A stretch of 64,000 bases of DNA from Thermoplasmatota archaeon (GTDB taxonomy: Archaea > Thermoplasmatota > E2 > JACPAO01 > JAHFTW01): assembly GCA_041659985.1 (NCBI GenBank), contig JBAZXE010000002.1:4714-68713 (forward strand), read 5' to 3'. The position numbers were made by a program, and so were the translations under genes. This document shows, piece by piece, positions 55,910 to 64,000 of this stretch. Numbering within the stretch: position 1 is the stretch's first letter; each line of letters begins with the position of its first letter. The notes beneath the pieces are model-generated. The model was not told the origin of the DNA and searched no databases. It worked only from the letters and a program-made list of their open reading frames with translations.

Positions 55910-58249
55910 GTGGCGAACGAGTGCCCGAACTACCCAGACCAGCCGTGCCGGGTCAACCTGGACCTCATGCCCGGGGACACGGCGTTGTGGATGTACCTCC
56001 TCACCGCCGTCGCGTTCGCCGTCTTCCTCTACGGATTCTATGAGATGGTCAAGGTCTGGCACCTCGGCAAGCCGTTCAAGCCGGTGTCGTGGAAGGTCGG
56101 CCTCCCCCGCCTCGTGACGGCGCTGGCCACCCACCGCAAGTTCCAGCAGCAGCCCCGCCCCGGAACGATGCACGCCTGGGTGTTCTTCGGCTTCGTCGTC
56201 CTGTTCATCGGCACTGCAATCGTCGCCATTGACGCCGACCTCTTCGAGCACTTCCTCAAAGCGAAGCTGCTCTTCGGCAAGCCCTACCTCGTCTACGAAT
56301 TGGTCCTCGACGCCTTCGGCGTGGTGTTCCTCCTTGGTGTGGCCTTCCTCTTCATGCGACGCTACGGTGAGAAGCCGCCGCAACTGCACGCCTGGCCGCG
56401 CCCGGAGGCCCCGAAGTGGCTGCGCCTCGGCGGCGACTCGTACGCCCTGGTGTTCCTCTTCGGAATCGGTGTGACGGGCTTCCTGCTCGAGGCGATGCGC
56501 CTGCGCTACCAGGTCATGCATGACGGCATCACGTACGCGTCGTGGAGCTTCGTCGGCAACGCCATCGGCCTCGCCATGTCCGGCGCCAACGAGACCCAAC
56601 TCTTGGCGGTCTACCCAGTGGTTTGGTGGACCCACTTCGCTTTGTGGTCGTCCGTCCTCGCCGTGCTGCCGTGGACGAAGTTCAAGCACATCGTCACGTC
56701 GAGCCTCAACATCTACTTCCATGACCCGGCGCGGCAGAGCCGCCCCGAGTTGCCGACGCCGTTCAACCTGCCCAAGATGATGGCGGACAACGTGACCGAC
56801 TTCCCCGCCGTCGGCGTTGCGACGATTCGCGACTTCACCTGGAAGGACCGCCTGAGCTTCGACGCCTGCACCAACTGCGGCCGCTGCGAATCGATGTGCC
56901 CCGCCTCGGCAGCCGGCCGCCCCCTCTCGCCGCGCAAGCTCATCCAGGACCTCAAGGCGGAGATGTGGCGCGACTACCGCCAACATGGCTCCGCCGTCAA
57001 GACCGACCCGCGAGCGGGCGCCGGCAACGTACCGCACATGGTTGGCACCGCCAACGCCGGCGCGGCCGACAACACCGGTCCTGCAACCGGGCCACGCAAA
57101 CTCATGTCGGCCGACGGCATCGGCACGGCCCTGCAGGAAGCCACGCTGTGGAGCTGCACGACCTGCCGCGCCTGCGTCGAGGCGTGCCCCGTCGACATCG
57201 AGCACGTCGACCTCATCGTCAGCATGCGCCGCGCGCTCGTGATGGAATCGAAGCTGGACGAGAACCAGCAGCGCCTCCTGGTGAATCTCACCAACTCCGG
57301 CAACCCGTACGGCTTCCCCGCCTCGGACCGCGCCAACTGGACGGCCAAACTGCCCGATGGTGTTTTCGTTCCGACGGCGGCGGAGAAGCAGGCGAAGGGC
57401 GAGAAGGCCGAGTACCTGTGGTGGATTGGTTGCTCCGGCTCCTTCGACCCGCGCAACCAGCAGGTGACGCGCGCCGTGGCGACGCTGCTCAACGCCGCAA
57501 AGGTGGATTTCGCCATCCTGGGCAACGAGGAGCGCTGCAACGGTGACCCGGCGCGCCGCATGGGCGAGGAGGGCCGCTTCCAGCAATCCGTCATGGAGAA
57601 CCTCGTCACGTTCCAGCAATACCAGAAGACGTTCGGCCCCGAGGGCGCCGAGGCGCCGACGATGAAGATCATCGCGCAGTGCCCCCACTGCTTCAACACG
57701 CTGGGCAACGAGTACAAGGAGTTCGGGGCCAACTTCGAGGTCGTCCACCACACGCAACTCTTGGAGCGCCTCATCGACGAGAAGCGCATCCCTCTCAAGG
57801 CTGGCGCCGAGCTCAAGATCACCTACCACGACTCCTGCTACCTCATGCGGCACAACGGGGTCGCCGACGCGCCGCGCAACGTGCTGCGCAAGGCCAACAA
57901 CGGGCTGCCCGTGCTGGAAATGGCGCAGAACAAGAAAGACGGCCTGTGCTGCGGCGCGGGGGGCGCCAACATGTGGTACGAGGTCAAGCCCGAGGGCGAA
58001 CGCATCAACGTCATCCGCGCCAAGCAAGCGGCGGACACCGGCGCCGAGACGGTGGCGACGGCGTGCCCCTTCTGCCTCACCATGATGACGGACGGCCTCA
58101 ACCTCACCGGGCAGGAAGGCAAGATGCAGGCGCGCGATTTGGCGGAGATCCTGCTCGACCACCTCGACTGGACGCCGCCGGCTCCCCCGGCGCCGCCGGT
58201 GACGGAGGCTCCTCCCGAGGTCGGCGGGGGCGGCGGCTGGTCGGGATAG
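55910..58249 (+). CDS. membrane Fe-S oxidoreductase: NarI/DsrM-like b-type membrane domain fused to an HdrD/GlpC-like 2x[4Fe-4S] + 2xCCG domain
   Basis: N-terminus has 5-6 TM helices with conserved His. CTNCGRCESMCP and CTTCRACVEACP. CCG repeats: IGCSGSF...CNGDP and HDSCYL...CCGAGG...CPFC. Confidence 0.85.
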   Translation: MANECPNYPDQPCRVNLDLMPGDTALWMYLLTAVAFAVFLYGFYEMVKVWHLGKPFKPVSWKVGLPRLVTALATHRKFQQQPRPGTMHAWVFFGFVVLFIGTAIVAIDADLFEHFLKAKLLFGKPYLVYELVLDAFGVVFLLGVAFLFMRRYGEKPPQLHAWPRPEAPKWLRLGGDSYALVFLFGIGVTGFLLEAMRLRYQVMHDGITYASWSFVGNAIGLAMSGANETQLLAVYPVVWWTHFALWSSVLAVLPWTKFKHIVTSSLNIYFHDPARQSRPELPTPFNLPKMMADNVTDFPAVGVATIRDFTWKDRLSFDACTNCGRCESMCPASAAGRPLSPRKLIQDLKAEMWRDYRQHGSAVKTDPRAGAGNVPHMVGTANAGAADNTGPATGPRKLMSADGIGTALQEATLWSCTTCRACVEACPVDIEHVDLIVSMRRALVMESKLDENQQRLLVNLTNSGNPYGFPASDRANWTAKLPDGVFVPTAAEKQAKGEKAEYLWWIGCSGSFDPRNQQVTRAVATLLNAAKVDFAILGNEERCNGDPARRMGEEGRFQQSVMENLVTFQQYQKTFGPEGAEAPTMKIIAQCPHCFNTLGNEYKEFGANFEVVHHTQLLERLIDEKRIPLKAGAELKITYHDSCYLMRHNGVADAPRNVLRKANNGLPVLEMAQNKKDGLCCGAGGANMWYEVKPEGERINVIRAKQAADTGAETVATACPFCLTMMTDGLNLTGQEGKMQARDLAEILLDHLDWTPPAPPAPPVTEAPPEVGGGGGWSG

Positions 58250-58418
58250 GCGACGTTCGTCTCCAAACTCGGCGCAGAGCAAACGCTTCCTGGCTCCTCC
58301 AACAATCATCCGGTCGTCGGATAATTCCGAACCATCTCCTCACGTTTATCCAGTAAAGGCCCAACATTTCGCTGCAATGACCGGTGGGGTTAAGCCCAAG
58401 GAGAGGCACGAAGGGTCG

Positions 58419-59741
58419 ATGAACGTCCGGGTCAGCCTGACTCTGCTGGTCGCCGCCCTCTTCATGGTGGCGGTGCCGGTGCAAGCGCAGCTTTCGAATC
58501 CCCAGCAGTCGACGCCGACGAAGCTGTACTTCCACATCTTTGACACGTTCAACGCATTCCCCATCAACACGCAGCCGATGGACGTCGAGTTCTTCGAGGT
58601 CGGCGGCACCAACTTCCCCACCGCGTCCAACACCATCGTGTCCCAGCAGATTGGCGACTACGACTTCAACACCATCCGCGGCTTCTCAACTTCCGGTCCC
58701 GTCGAGTACGACTTCATCGAGAACGGCCGCCCGCGCTTCCACCCGGAACGCGGCATCGCCGCCGATGTCCAAGTGGATTCCGCCGTGCAACCCGTCGTCT
58801 ACCTCTACATGGATGTCCGTGACCTGTTCAGCACGGATGCCAGCGATCCGCAGGTCGGGTTGCCCCAGGCCCTGCCTTCCTTCACGTTCCGCGTCACCAT
58901 GCGCACCGGCAACGACATCGGTCCCGACTCCGACCTCGACGCCGGGAAACTGCTGATGTCGGGCCAGAAAACGGCGCACGTCGTCGACACGCACGCCGCC
59001 GGACAGAACAGCATTTTCGCTGGCCAGAACGCCCCCGATGGCACGCCCATCTTCGTCCCCGACGAGTCCGGCGTCGTCGAGTTCGCCATCCCGCTCACCG
59101 TGGATGACCCGGTCATCCCCAAGGCCGACGCCTACAACATCCGCATCGACTGGTACCAGAACCCGAGCAACGACCCGGCCCAGGACGACACCATGGCGGA
59201 AGGCTGGATGCGCCTCGTATCCGACGCCGCTCACCTGCCCCGCATGGAGCTGGCCATCACCAACCCGGTGTACATCGAGTACATCCACCCCGAGGTCGCC
59301 GCCGGCATCCTCCTGATCCACTCCTGCGTCAACTCGCCATGGGGCACGTACGACGTCGATGTCGCCAACATCACCGTCGCCGTCCAAGGCCCCAGCACGC
59401 CGCAGACGCTGCAGCAGGTCATCTCGCAGAACTCTCACGTGCACGGTCTGCACGACAAGTGCGCCGAGGTCACCTACCTGTGGCGCTTCCGCGACGAGGA
59501 CGCCAAGAACGGCCAATACGACATCACGCTGGACGTGCCCAACGTCGGCAAGCTGGCCGTCGCAAGCGGCCAGGCCGGCTTCACCGTTGAGGGCAAGAAG
59601 GCCTTCGGCATCGACGAGGGCGGCGAGGTCGTCGAACCCACCGTCACCGAGGGCGACAAGAAATCGCCCCTACCTGTCGCGCCCGCCATCGCCCTCCTGA
59701 TCGTCGCCTTGGCGGCCTTCGCCCGGAGGCGTTCGTCGTGA
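58419..59741 (+). CDS. secreted protein with a C-terminal TM/basic anchor, unknown function
   Basis: Trimmed to MNVRVSLTLLVAALFMVAVPVQAQ. C-terminus KKSPLPVAPAIALLIVALAAFARRRSS. Confidence 0.65.
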   Translation: MNVRVSLTLLVAALFMVAVPVQAQLSNPQQSTPTKLYFHIFDTFNAFPINTQPMDVEFFEVGGTNFPTASNTIVSQQIGDYDFNTIRGFSTSGPVEYDFIENGRPRFHPERGIAADVQVDSAVQPVVYLYMDVRDLFSTDASDPQVGLPQALPSFTFRVTMRTGNDIGPDSDLDAGKLLMSGQKTAHVVDTHAAGQNSIFAGQNAPDGTPIFVPDESGVVEFAIPLTVDDPVIPKADAYNIRIDWYQNPSNDPAQDDTMAEGWMRLVSDAAHLPRMELAITNPVYIEYIHPEVAAGILLIHSCVNSPWGTYDVDVANITVAVQGPSTPQTLQQVISQNSHVHGLHDKCAEVTYLWRFRDEDAKNGQYDITLDVPNVGKLAVASGQAGFTVEGKKAFGIDEGGEVVEPTVTEGDKKSPLPVAPAIALLIVALAAFARRRSS

Positions 59742-60685
59742 AGGCCTTCCTCGCGGTCGCCCTCCTGTCCAGCCTGGCCTTGGCCGGCTGCTCGGGCGGC
59801 GGCGACGGAGACGGCCCGTCGTCCAGTAGCACCAGCACAACTGGACCCCTCAAGTCGGGCAAGGGCGCCATCAGCGGCCTCCTCATCAACGACGTCTTCC
59901 GCCCCGTCCCCGGCGGCCTCGTCCTCATCCAGGAACTTGGTCTCACGGCGACGTCGGATGCCTCCGGCCAATTTGCCTTCCTCGACCTCGAACCCGGCTC
60001 CTATCTGCTGCGCGTGCAAGCGGATGGTCACGAAGCGGCGCCGCAGACCGTCGACGTGAACGAGGGCGAATACACGGAAACCGAACTCATGGCGCGCCGC
60101 GTCTTCAACGAAGGCGGCCGCATCGTGACGACTGAGTACTCCGTGTTCGTTCCGTGCGCTGCCAGCGTTCCAGTGGCATCAAGCACGGTCGATTGCACCT
60201 TCGACCAGTCGGGCGACTCCTTCCGCGCCGGCTTCACCAGCAACTTCACTGCAGGCTACTCCGGCATCACCTATCTGATCACCGAGATGAAGGCGAACAA
60301 GCCGGCCAGCCCCACCAGCGGCGCGTACAAGATTGTGGTGCGCGAGGAGGGCGACGGCGACTACTGGGCCAGCGCGTTCACCATCGACTCCGACTACATC
60401 CGGGTCACGATGCGCTTGGGCAACATCTCAACCGACGACACCGAAAACGGCCGCAACGTGGCCTGGGAGAACAACAAGCCCATGGAGACTGCGTTCTTCC
60501 CGCAAGGCCAGTTCAAGGGTGAGACCCAGATGGGCTACGATACCCTCTGCACGGTTCCTGAAGCTTGCCTGTTCGGGGAGTCCCGCGGCGTGGGTGGCCA
60601 AGTCGGCGTCCGCGCCAAGTTCGTCCAGAGCCTCTTCCTCGGCGAGCCCGAGGTCGACATCACGACCTACTGCGTGCTGTGTTGA
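59738..60685 (+). CDS. lipoprotein with a carboxypeptidase-regulatory-like domain, tandem paralog A
   Basis: The GTG overlaps the upstream stop (GTGA). LALAGCSGG...GAISGLLINDVFRPVPGGLVLIQELGLTATSDASGQFAFLDLEPGSYLLRV...YCVLC*. Confidence 0.75.
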   Translation: MKAFLAVALLSSLALAGCSGGGDGDGPSSSSTSTTGPLKSGKGAISGLLINDVFRPVPGGLVLIQELGLTATSDASGQFAFLDLEPGSYLLRVQADGHEAAPQTVDVNEGEYTETELMARRVFNEGGRIVTTEYSVFVPCAASVPVASSTVDCTFDQSGDSFRAGFTSNFTAGYSGITYLITEMKANKPASPTSGAYKIVVREEGDGDYWASAFTIDSDYIRVTMRLGNISTDDTENGRNVAWENNKPMETAFFPQGQFKGETQMGYDTLCTVPEACLFGESRGVGGQVGVRAKFVQSLFLGEPEVDITTYCVLC

Positions 60686-60686
60686 C

Positions 60687-61592
60687 ATGCGTCCCTTCGC
60701 CCTCTTTGCAGCCACCAGTCTTCTGGCCGTCCTGCTGGCTGGTTGCTCAAGTGGCGGCGACAATCCATCTGCGACGACGAGCACCACGGGCCCCCTGAAA
60801 TCGGGCAAGGGCGCCATCAGCGGCCTGCTCATCAACGACGTCTTCCGCCCCGTCCCCGGCGGCCTCATCCTCATCCAAGAACTGGGATTGACCGCGACGT
60901 CGGACTCGTCGGGCCAGTTCTCGTTCCTGGATCTCGAGCCGGGTTCCTACATGCTGCGCGTGCAAGCGGATGGTCACGAAGCGGCGCCGCAGACCGTCGA
61001 CGTGAAGGAAGGCGAATACACCGAAACCGAACTCGTGGCGCGCCGCGTCTTCAACGAAGGCGGCCGCATCATCACGAACGAGTACAGCATTTTCATGACC
61101 TGTACCATGGAGGCGGTCGTCGTCTCGGGCAACGGCTTGAACTGCCTCATGGATCAATCGGGCGAATCGGAACGAACGTCGTTTGAGAGCGACCTGCGCG
61201 GAATCGCGGGGATCACGTATCTGGTCACGGAGATCCGATTCAACAAGGTCGACGACTACGATTTCGTGTTGGCCGTTGACGACGACGGGGACGGCGTTCT
61301 CGATCGCTATTGGGCCGAAGCAACCGTCGACAACGGGGACTACGCGCGGATTGTCCTGGAAAACGGGACTGCCAACACCGAGCACGATGTCGGTCGCAAC
61401 ATCGCGTGGAAGCCGGATGTCGATGTCCTGCACACGACGGTGTTCCCGCACGGCGAACTCTACACCGAGCTCAGCGAAAATGCCGGAACGTATGGTGCCG
61501 GCGTTGATTTCGGGGTGCGCGGCAAGATTGTGGAAACGGTCTTCATCGGCGAGCCCGAGGTCGACATCGCAAGCTACTGCGTGCTGTGCTGA
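60687..61592 (+). CDS. lipoprotein with a carboxypeptidase-regulatory-like domain, tandem paralog B
   Basis: ATG 1 nt after the paralog A stop. VLLAGCSSGG...GAISGLLINDVFRPVPGGLILIQELGLTATSDSSGQFSFLDLEPGSYMLRV...YCVLC*. Confidence 0.75.
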   Translation: MRPFALFAATSLLAVLLAGCSSGGDNPSATTSTTGPLKSGKGAISGLLINDVFRPVPGGLILIQELGLTATSDSSGQFSFLDLEPGSYMLRVQADGHEAAPQTVDVKEGEYTETELVARRVFNEGGRIITNEYSIFMTCTMEAVVVSGNGLNCLMDQSGESERTSFESDLRGIAGITYLVTEIRFNKVDDYDFVLAVDDDGDGVLDRYWAEATVDNGDYARIVLENGTANTEHDVGRNIAWKPDVDVLHTTVFPHGELYTELSENAGTYGAGVDFGVRGKIVETVFIGEPEVDIASYCVLC

Positions 61593-61597
61593 ACGGG

Positions 61598-62305
61598 TCA
61601 GGCCACCAGGACTTTTGCAGTGATTCCAACGGCGAATCCGAACACGGCACCCAGCGCCGGAGCCCAATGTCCATCCCGATGGGCAAGGGGCGCAATGTCT
61701 TGCACGAGGATGTAGAGGATTCCTCCCGCTGCAACGAGAAAGAGGCCCGCCACGAACGCTGGATGGCCACCGAGCCAAAGGTATCCCACGGCCGCCACAA
61801 GGGGACCCAGGAGACTCGTGAGCGTCAGCACGCCGAACGTGCCTGCCCGCGACAGCCCGGCCTCGTTCAGTTCCCGGTAGCCGTTGAACCCCTCCGGCAG
61901 ATTCTGCAACGCCACGAGCACAACGAGGGCCGGCGCGGCGGCCCCCCCGGCGGCAAAGGCCGCTCCCAGGCCGAGGGACGTCGGCACGGAGTCCAACGTG
62001 TTGGCCAAGACTTGCGAGACACGGTCGCCGCGTTGCGCCAACCCCTTGTCAAGCAGGAGGAAGAACACCGCCCCCCCGACGAAGAAAGACAGGGCAGGCC
62101 CGAGGGGTAACCCGCGCAGGCCTTCGGGCACCAGCACAAGGGCCACGGCGGCAAACAACAGGCCTCCCCCCACGGCGACGATGGTGCGCAGGAGGCTTTG
62201 GCCGAAGCGGCCTTTGGTCTGGCCGAGTTGCAACGCGAAGGCGCCTCCCAGGGGGGTTGCCAGCGCCGCTAGGAGTGTGACGCCGACGACCGCCCCCAGG
62301 TCCAT
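61598..62305 (-). CDS. ZIP-family metal transporter (ZupT-like)
   Basis: Polytopic, with VALQNLPEGFNGY and LVQDIAPLAHRDGH. Start is ATG 62305 or 62323. Confidence 0.7.
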   Translation of the reverse strand: MDLGAVVGVTLLAALATPLGGAFALQLGQTKGRFGQSLLRTIVAVGGGLLFAAVALVLVPEGLRGLPLGPALSFFVGGAVFFLLLDKGLAQRGDRVSQVLANTLDSVPTSLGLGAAFAAGGAAAPALVVLVALQNLPEGFNGYRELNEAGLSRAGTFGVLTLTSLLGPLVAAVGYLWLGGHPAFVAGLFLVAAGGILYILVQDIAPLAHRDGHWAPALGAVFGFAVGITAKVLVA

Positions 62306-62383
62306 GCGGCATCCGAGCGGCACGATGGCTTAAGAACGGGCCCGGAGTCGCCGCGATTGGACCCCGGACCGGGAAGGCGCCGC

Positions 62384-62456
62384 GGGGAGATACCAAAGTG
62401 GCTATGGGCGGGACTGCAGATCCCGTTTTACGGGGGTTCGAATCCCTCTCTCCCCT
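62384..62456 (+). tRNA. tRNA-Cys (GCA)
   Basis: GGGGAGA..CGGGA-CTGCAGA-TCCCG..GGGGG-TTCGAAT-CCCTC-TCTCCCC-T. Anticodon GCA and the U73 discriminator typical of tRNA-Cys. The D-arm is slightly irregular. Confidence 0.75.
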
Positions 62457-62459
62457 CTC

Positions 62460-63287
62460 ATGCTTGCACAATGCAGGACGCATGGATACTACCGCGGCGA
62501 GCAGTGCCCGCTGTGTGACGAACCCGGCCGCTTCGTGATGAAGGACCACGAAGTCGACCGCATCGGACGCATGATGGCCCTCATCCTGCGCCACCAGCCC
62601 GAGAAGTTTGGCCTCACCATGGACGGCCGCGGCTGGGTCGACCTGGACGGCTTCGTGCAGGCCATCTGCGACGCCCGCCAGAACTATGCTCGCTGGCTGC
62701 GCAAGCAGCACATCGTCGCTCTCGTGGAGACGGACGAGAAGGGCCGCTACCAGATCGACGGCGGCATGGTCCGCGCCACCTACGCCCACTCCGTCAACGT
62801 CAACCTCGACGACCTCCCCGAGGCCCAAGTCGACACGCTGTACTTCCCGGTCAGCGAAGAGGAACAGGACATGGTGCTCGAGGCGGGCCTGCGCCCGTCG
62901 GACCGCAACAAGATCCACCTCTCGGCAACGCCGGAGAAGGCGTACTCGGCCGGCCGCGTCCACATCGCCGACCCGCTCCTCCTGCAAATCGACGTCAAGA
63001 AGGCCAGCGACGCGGGCAACTTCATCTTCCGCGCCGGCAAATCGGTCTACATCACTGACGCCGTCGAGCCGGAGCACCTGTCGAAGTTCGAGGACGCCGA
63101 CGCCATGGAGCAGCTCAAGGCGACGCACGGCAGCAGCGCCTCCGACGCTGAGCAGAAGGCCGCGGACGACAAGGCCGCCGCCGAGCGCGCCGCGGCGCAG
63201 CCGGCGGACGAAGCCGGCGAAGCCGCGGGCGGCGACGGCGAATCCGAAGGCGGCTCCAAGGTCACTTCGGACGACTCGGACGAGTAG
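62460..63287 (+). CDS. kptA: RNA 2'-phosphotransferase (Tpt1/KptA) with an N-terminal Cys4 knuckle and an acidic C-terminal tail
   Basis: CRTHGYYRGEQCPLC...RIGRMMALILRHQPEKFGLTMDGRGWVDL...GRYQIDGGMVRATYAHS...IHLSATPEKA. Confidence 0.88.
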   Translation: MLAQCRTHGYYRGEQCPLCDEPGRFVMKDHEVDRIGRMMALILRHQPEKFGLTMDGRGWVDLDGFVQAICDARQNYARWLRKQHIVALVETDEKGRYQIDGGMVRATYAHSVNVNLDDLPEAQVDTLYFPVSEEEQDMVLEAGLRPSDRNKIHLSATPEKAYSAGRVHIADPLLLQIDVKKASDAGNFIFRAGKSVYITDAVEPEHLSKFEDADAMEQLKATHGSSASDAEQKAADDKAAAERAAAQPADEAGEAAGGDGESEGGSKVTSDDSDE

Positions 63288-63310
63288 CCGCAACGCAGCG
63301 GCCGATGACT

Positions 63311-63380
63311 CCCAAACAGGGATTGCGGGAAGAATGGGGAATTTGCAGTCGTCCCCGGGGCTCCCCGTAATCCCTGTTTG
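63311..63380. repeat. long imperfect hairpin between convergent genes
   Basis: CCAAACAGGGATT 63311-63323 is the exact reverse complement of AATCCCTGTTTGG 63367-63379. Further pairing (CGGG, GGGGA) follows toward a ~11-nt loop. Confidence 0.7.
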
Positions 63381-63394
63381 GTCGTCGTTCCGCG

Positions 63395-64000
63395 CTAGGC
63401 CTTGCGGCGCAAGACGACCACGACCAGCGCGAGCGCTGCCACAACCGCGACCACCGGCAAACCAGGAACCGCCTGTCCAGGCTCGTCGGACGTTGTCGGC
63501 GTCGGCATGATGGATTCGTCCGGGACGTCGTACTGCGCGAAGAGCCCCTTGCCCGTCGCCTGGCGCAGGATCACGCCCCACGAGTCGCGCGAGTCCTCGC
63601 CTTTGGGGGGCTCGCCGGTTCCGTTGGCCCAGGCGAAGTAGCTGGCGGCGCATTGCTTGGTGCAGCCGTCGGCGAGGGCGATGTGCAGGCGGCCCTGCGA
63701 GTCCATGTCCATGTCGTTGAAGTCGAGGAGGTTCCGGCAGTCCTGGCCGCCGCCGCCGTTCCAGATGGCGCCAATTTGCACCGGGTCTTCCCACAATCGG
63801 CTCGTCGTCCATGTCGCGCCGCCGTCGAAGGACTGTGAGAGGTAGTAGTGCCAGATGTTGCCGTCGGATTCGTCGGAGCAGACGCTGTTGGGGGCTTCCG
63901 GGGAGAAGGGCTCCTCGGCGTCCGGGTTCGTGGTGCCCAAGAACGCCAGGGCGACGCGGTCGTCGTCTCCGGCCTCGAGGTCGGGGAACGCACCGTAGAC
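63395..64000 (-). CDS. BNR/Asp-box repeat surface protein with a C-terminal anchor (N-terminus beyond the window)
   Basis: The frame stays open to position 64000 (the track 'M' at 63940 is a TTG Leu). Asp-box SQSFDGGATWT. C-terminus PGLPVVAVVAALALVVVVLRRKA. Confidence 0.75.
   Translation of the reverse strand, partial: VYGAFPDLEAGDDDRVALAFLGTTNPDAEEPFSPEAPNSVCSDESDGNIWHYYLSQSFDGGATWTTSRLWEDPVQIGAIWNGGGGQDCRNLLDFNDMDMDSQGRLHIALADGCTKQCAASYFAWANGTGEPPKGEDSRDSWGVILRQATGKGLFAQYDVPDESIMPTPTTSDEPGQAVPGLPVVAVVAALALVVVVLRRKA

Noticed and set aside
55403-58309. 968-aa minus-strand ORF.
   Set aside because: It is antisense to the metzincin gene and the Fe-S oxidoreductase gene. It is low complexity (R/G/A/V/D/E), while the plus strand shows CxxCxxCxxxCP and CCG motifs.
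59840-61070. Considered a diversity-generating retroelement (template/variable repeat) for the near-identical N-terminal halves of the tandem paralogs.
   Set aside because: Differences are mostly synonymous and not restricted to adenine positions. No reverse transcriptase gene is present. Gene duplication plus conversion explains it.
62049-63812. 587-aa minus-strand ORF.
   Set aside because: It runs antisense through kptA and across the tRNA-Cys gene. Its composition is not protein-like.

Overview
GC-rich archaeal chromosome segment. The rRNA sequences, aIF-2gamma, S6e and the P0/P1 stalk proteins point to Euryarchaeota, and it looks Thermoplasmatota / marine-group-like to me, but I have not verified that. 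Most third codon positions are G/C, so the six-frame track is full of long antisense shadow ORFs. I called genes from recognisable motifs and trimmed many starts. The track also treats GTG/TTG as Met. Core content: a complete 16S-tRNAAla-23S-5S operon on the minus strand with long processing stems and three tandem promoter-like repeats; the L1-P0-P1 ribosomal protein operon; rps6e; eif2g plus a PIN gene; tRNA-Ser, tRNA-Cys and tRNA-Ala. Accessory content: a >1285-aa Upf1-like helicase running off the left edge; two histidine kinases and three receiver proteins; at least 8 lipobox lipoproteins, including a 3-member paralog family; a full preQ0 gene set (folE2, queD, queC, queE) with two TerC-family genes inside queC..queE; an acyl-CoA ligase, ACAD, EtfBA and a membrane Fe-S oxidoreductase; metal genes (DtxR-like, FTR1, ZIP); and a low-GC Mrr islet beside tRNA-Ser. 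I found no CRISPR array, transposase, integrase or prophage. The feature I consider most novel is a dispersed family of dyad-symmetric intergenic elements built from phased GATTYGCCGGATT / AATCCGGCRAATC boxes. In seven genes (an eighth is weaker) the first box begins exactly at the TGA stop codon of the upstream gene. All coordinates of RNA ends and trimmed CDS starts are hand estimates.
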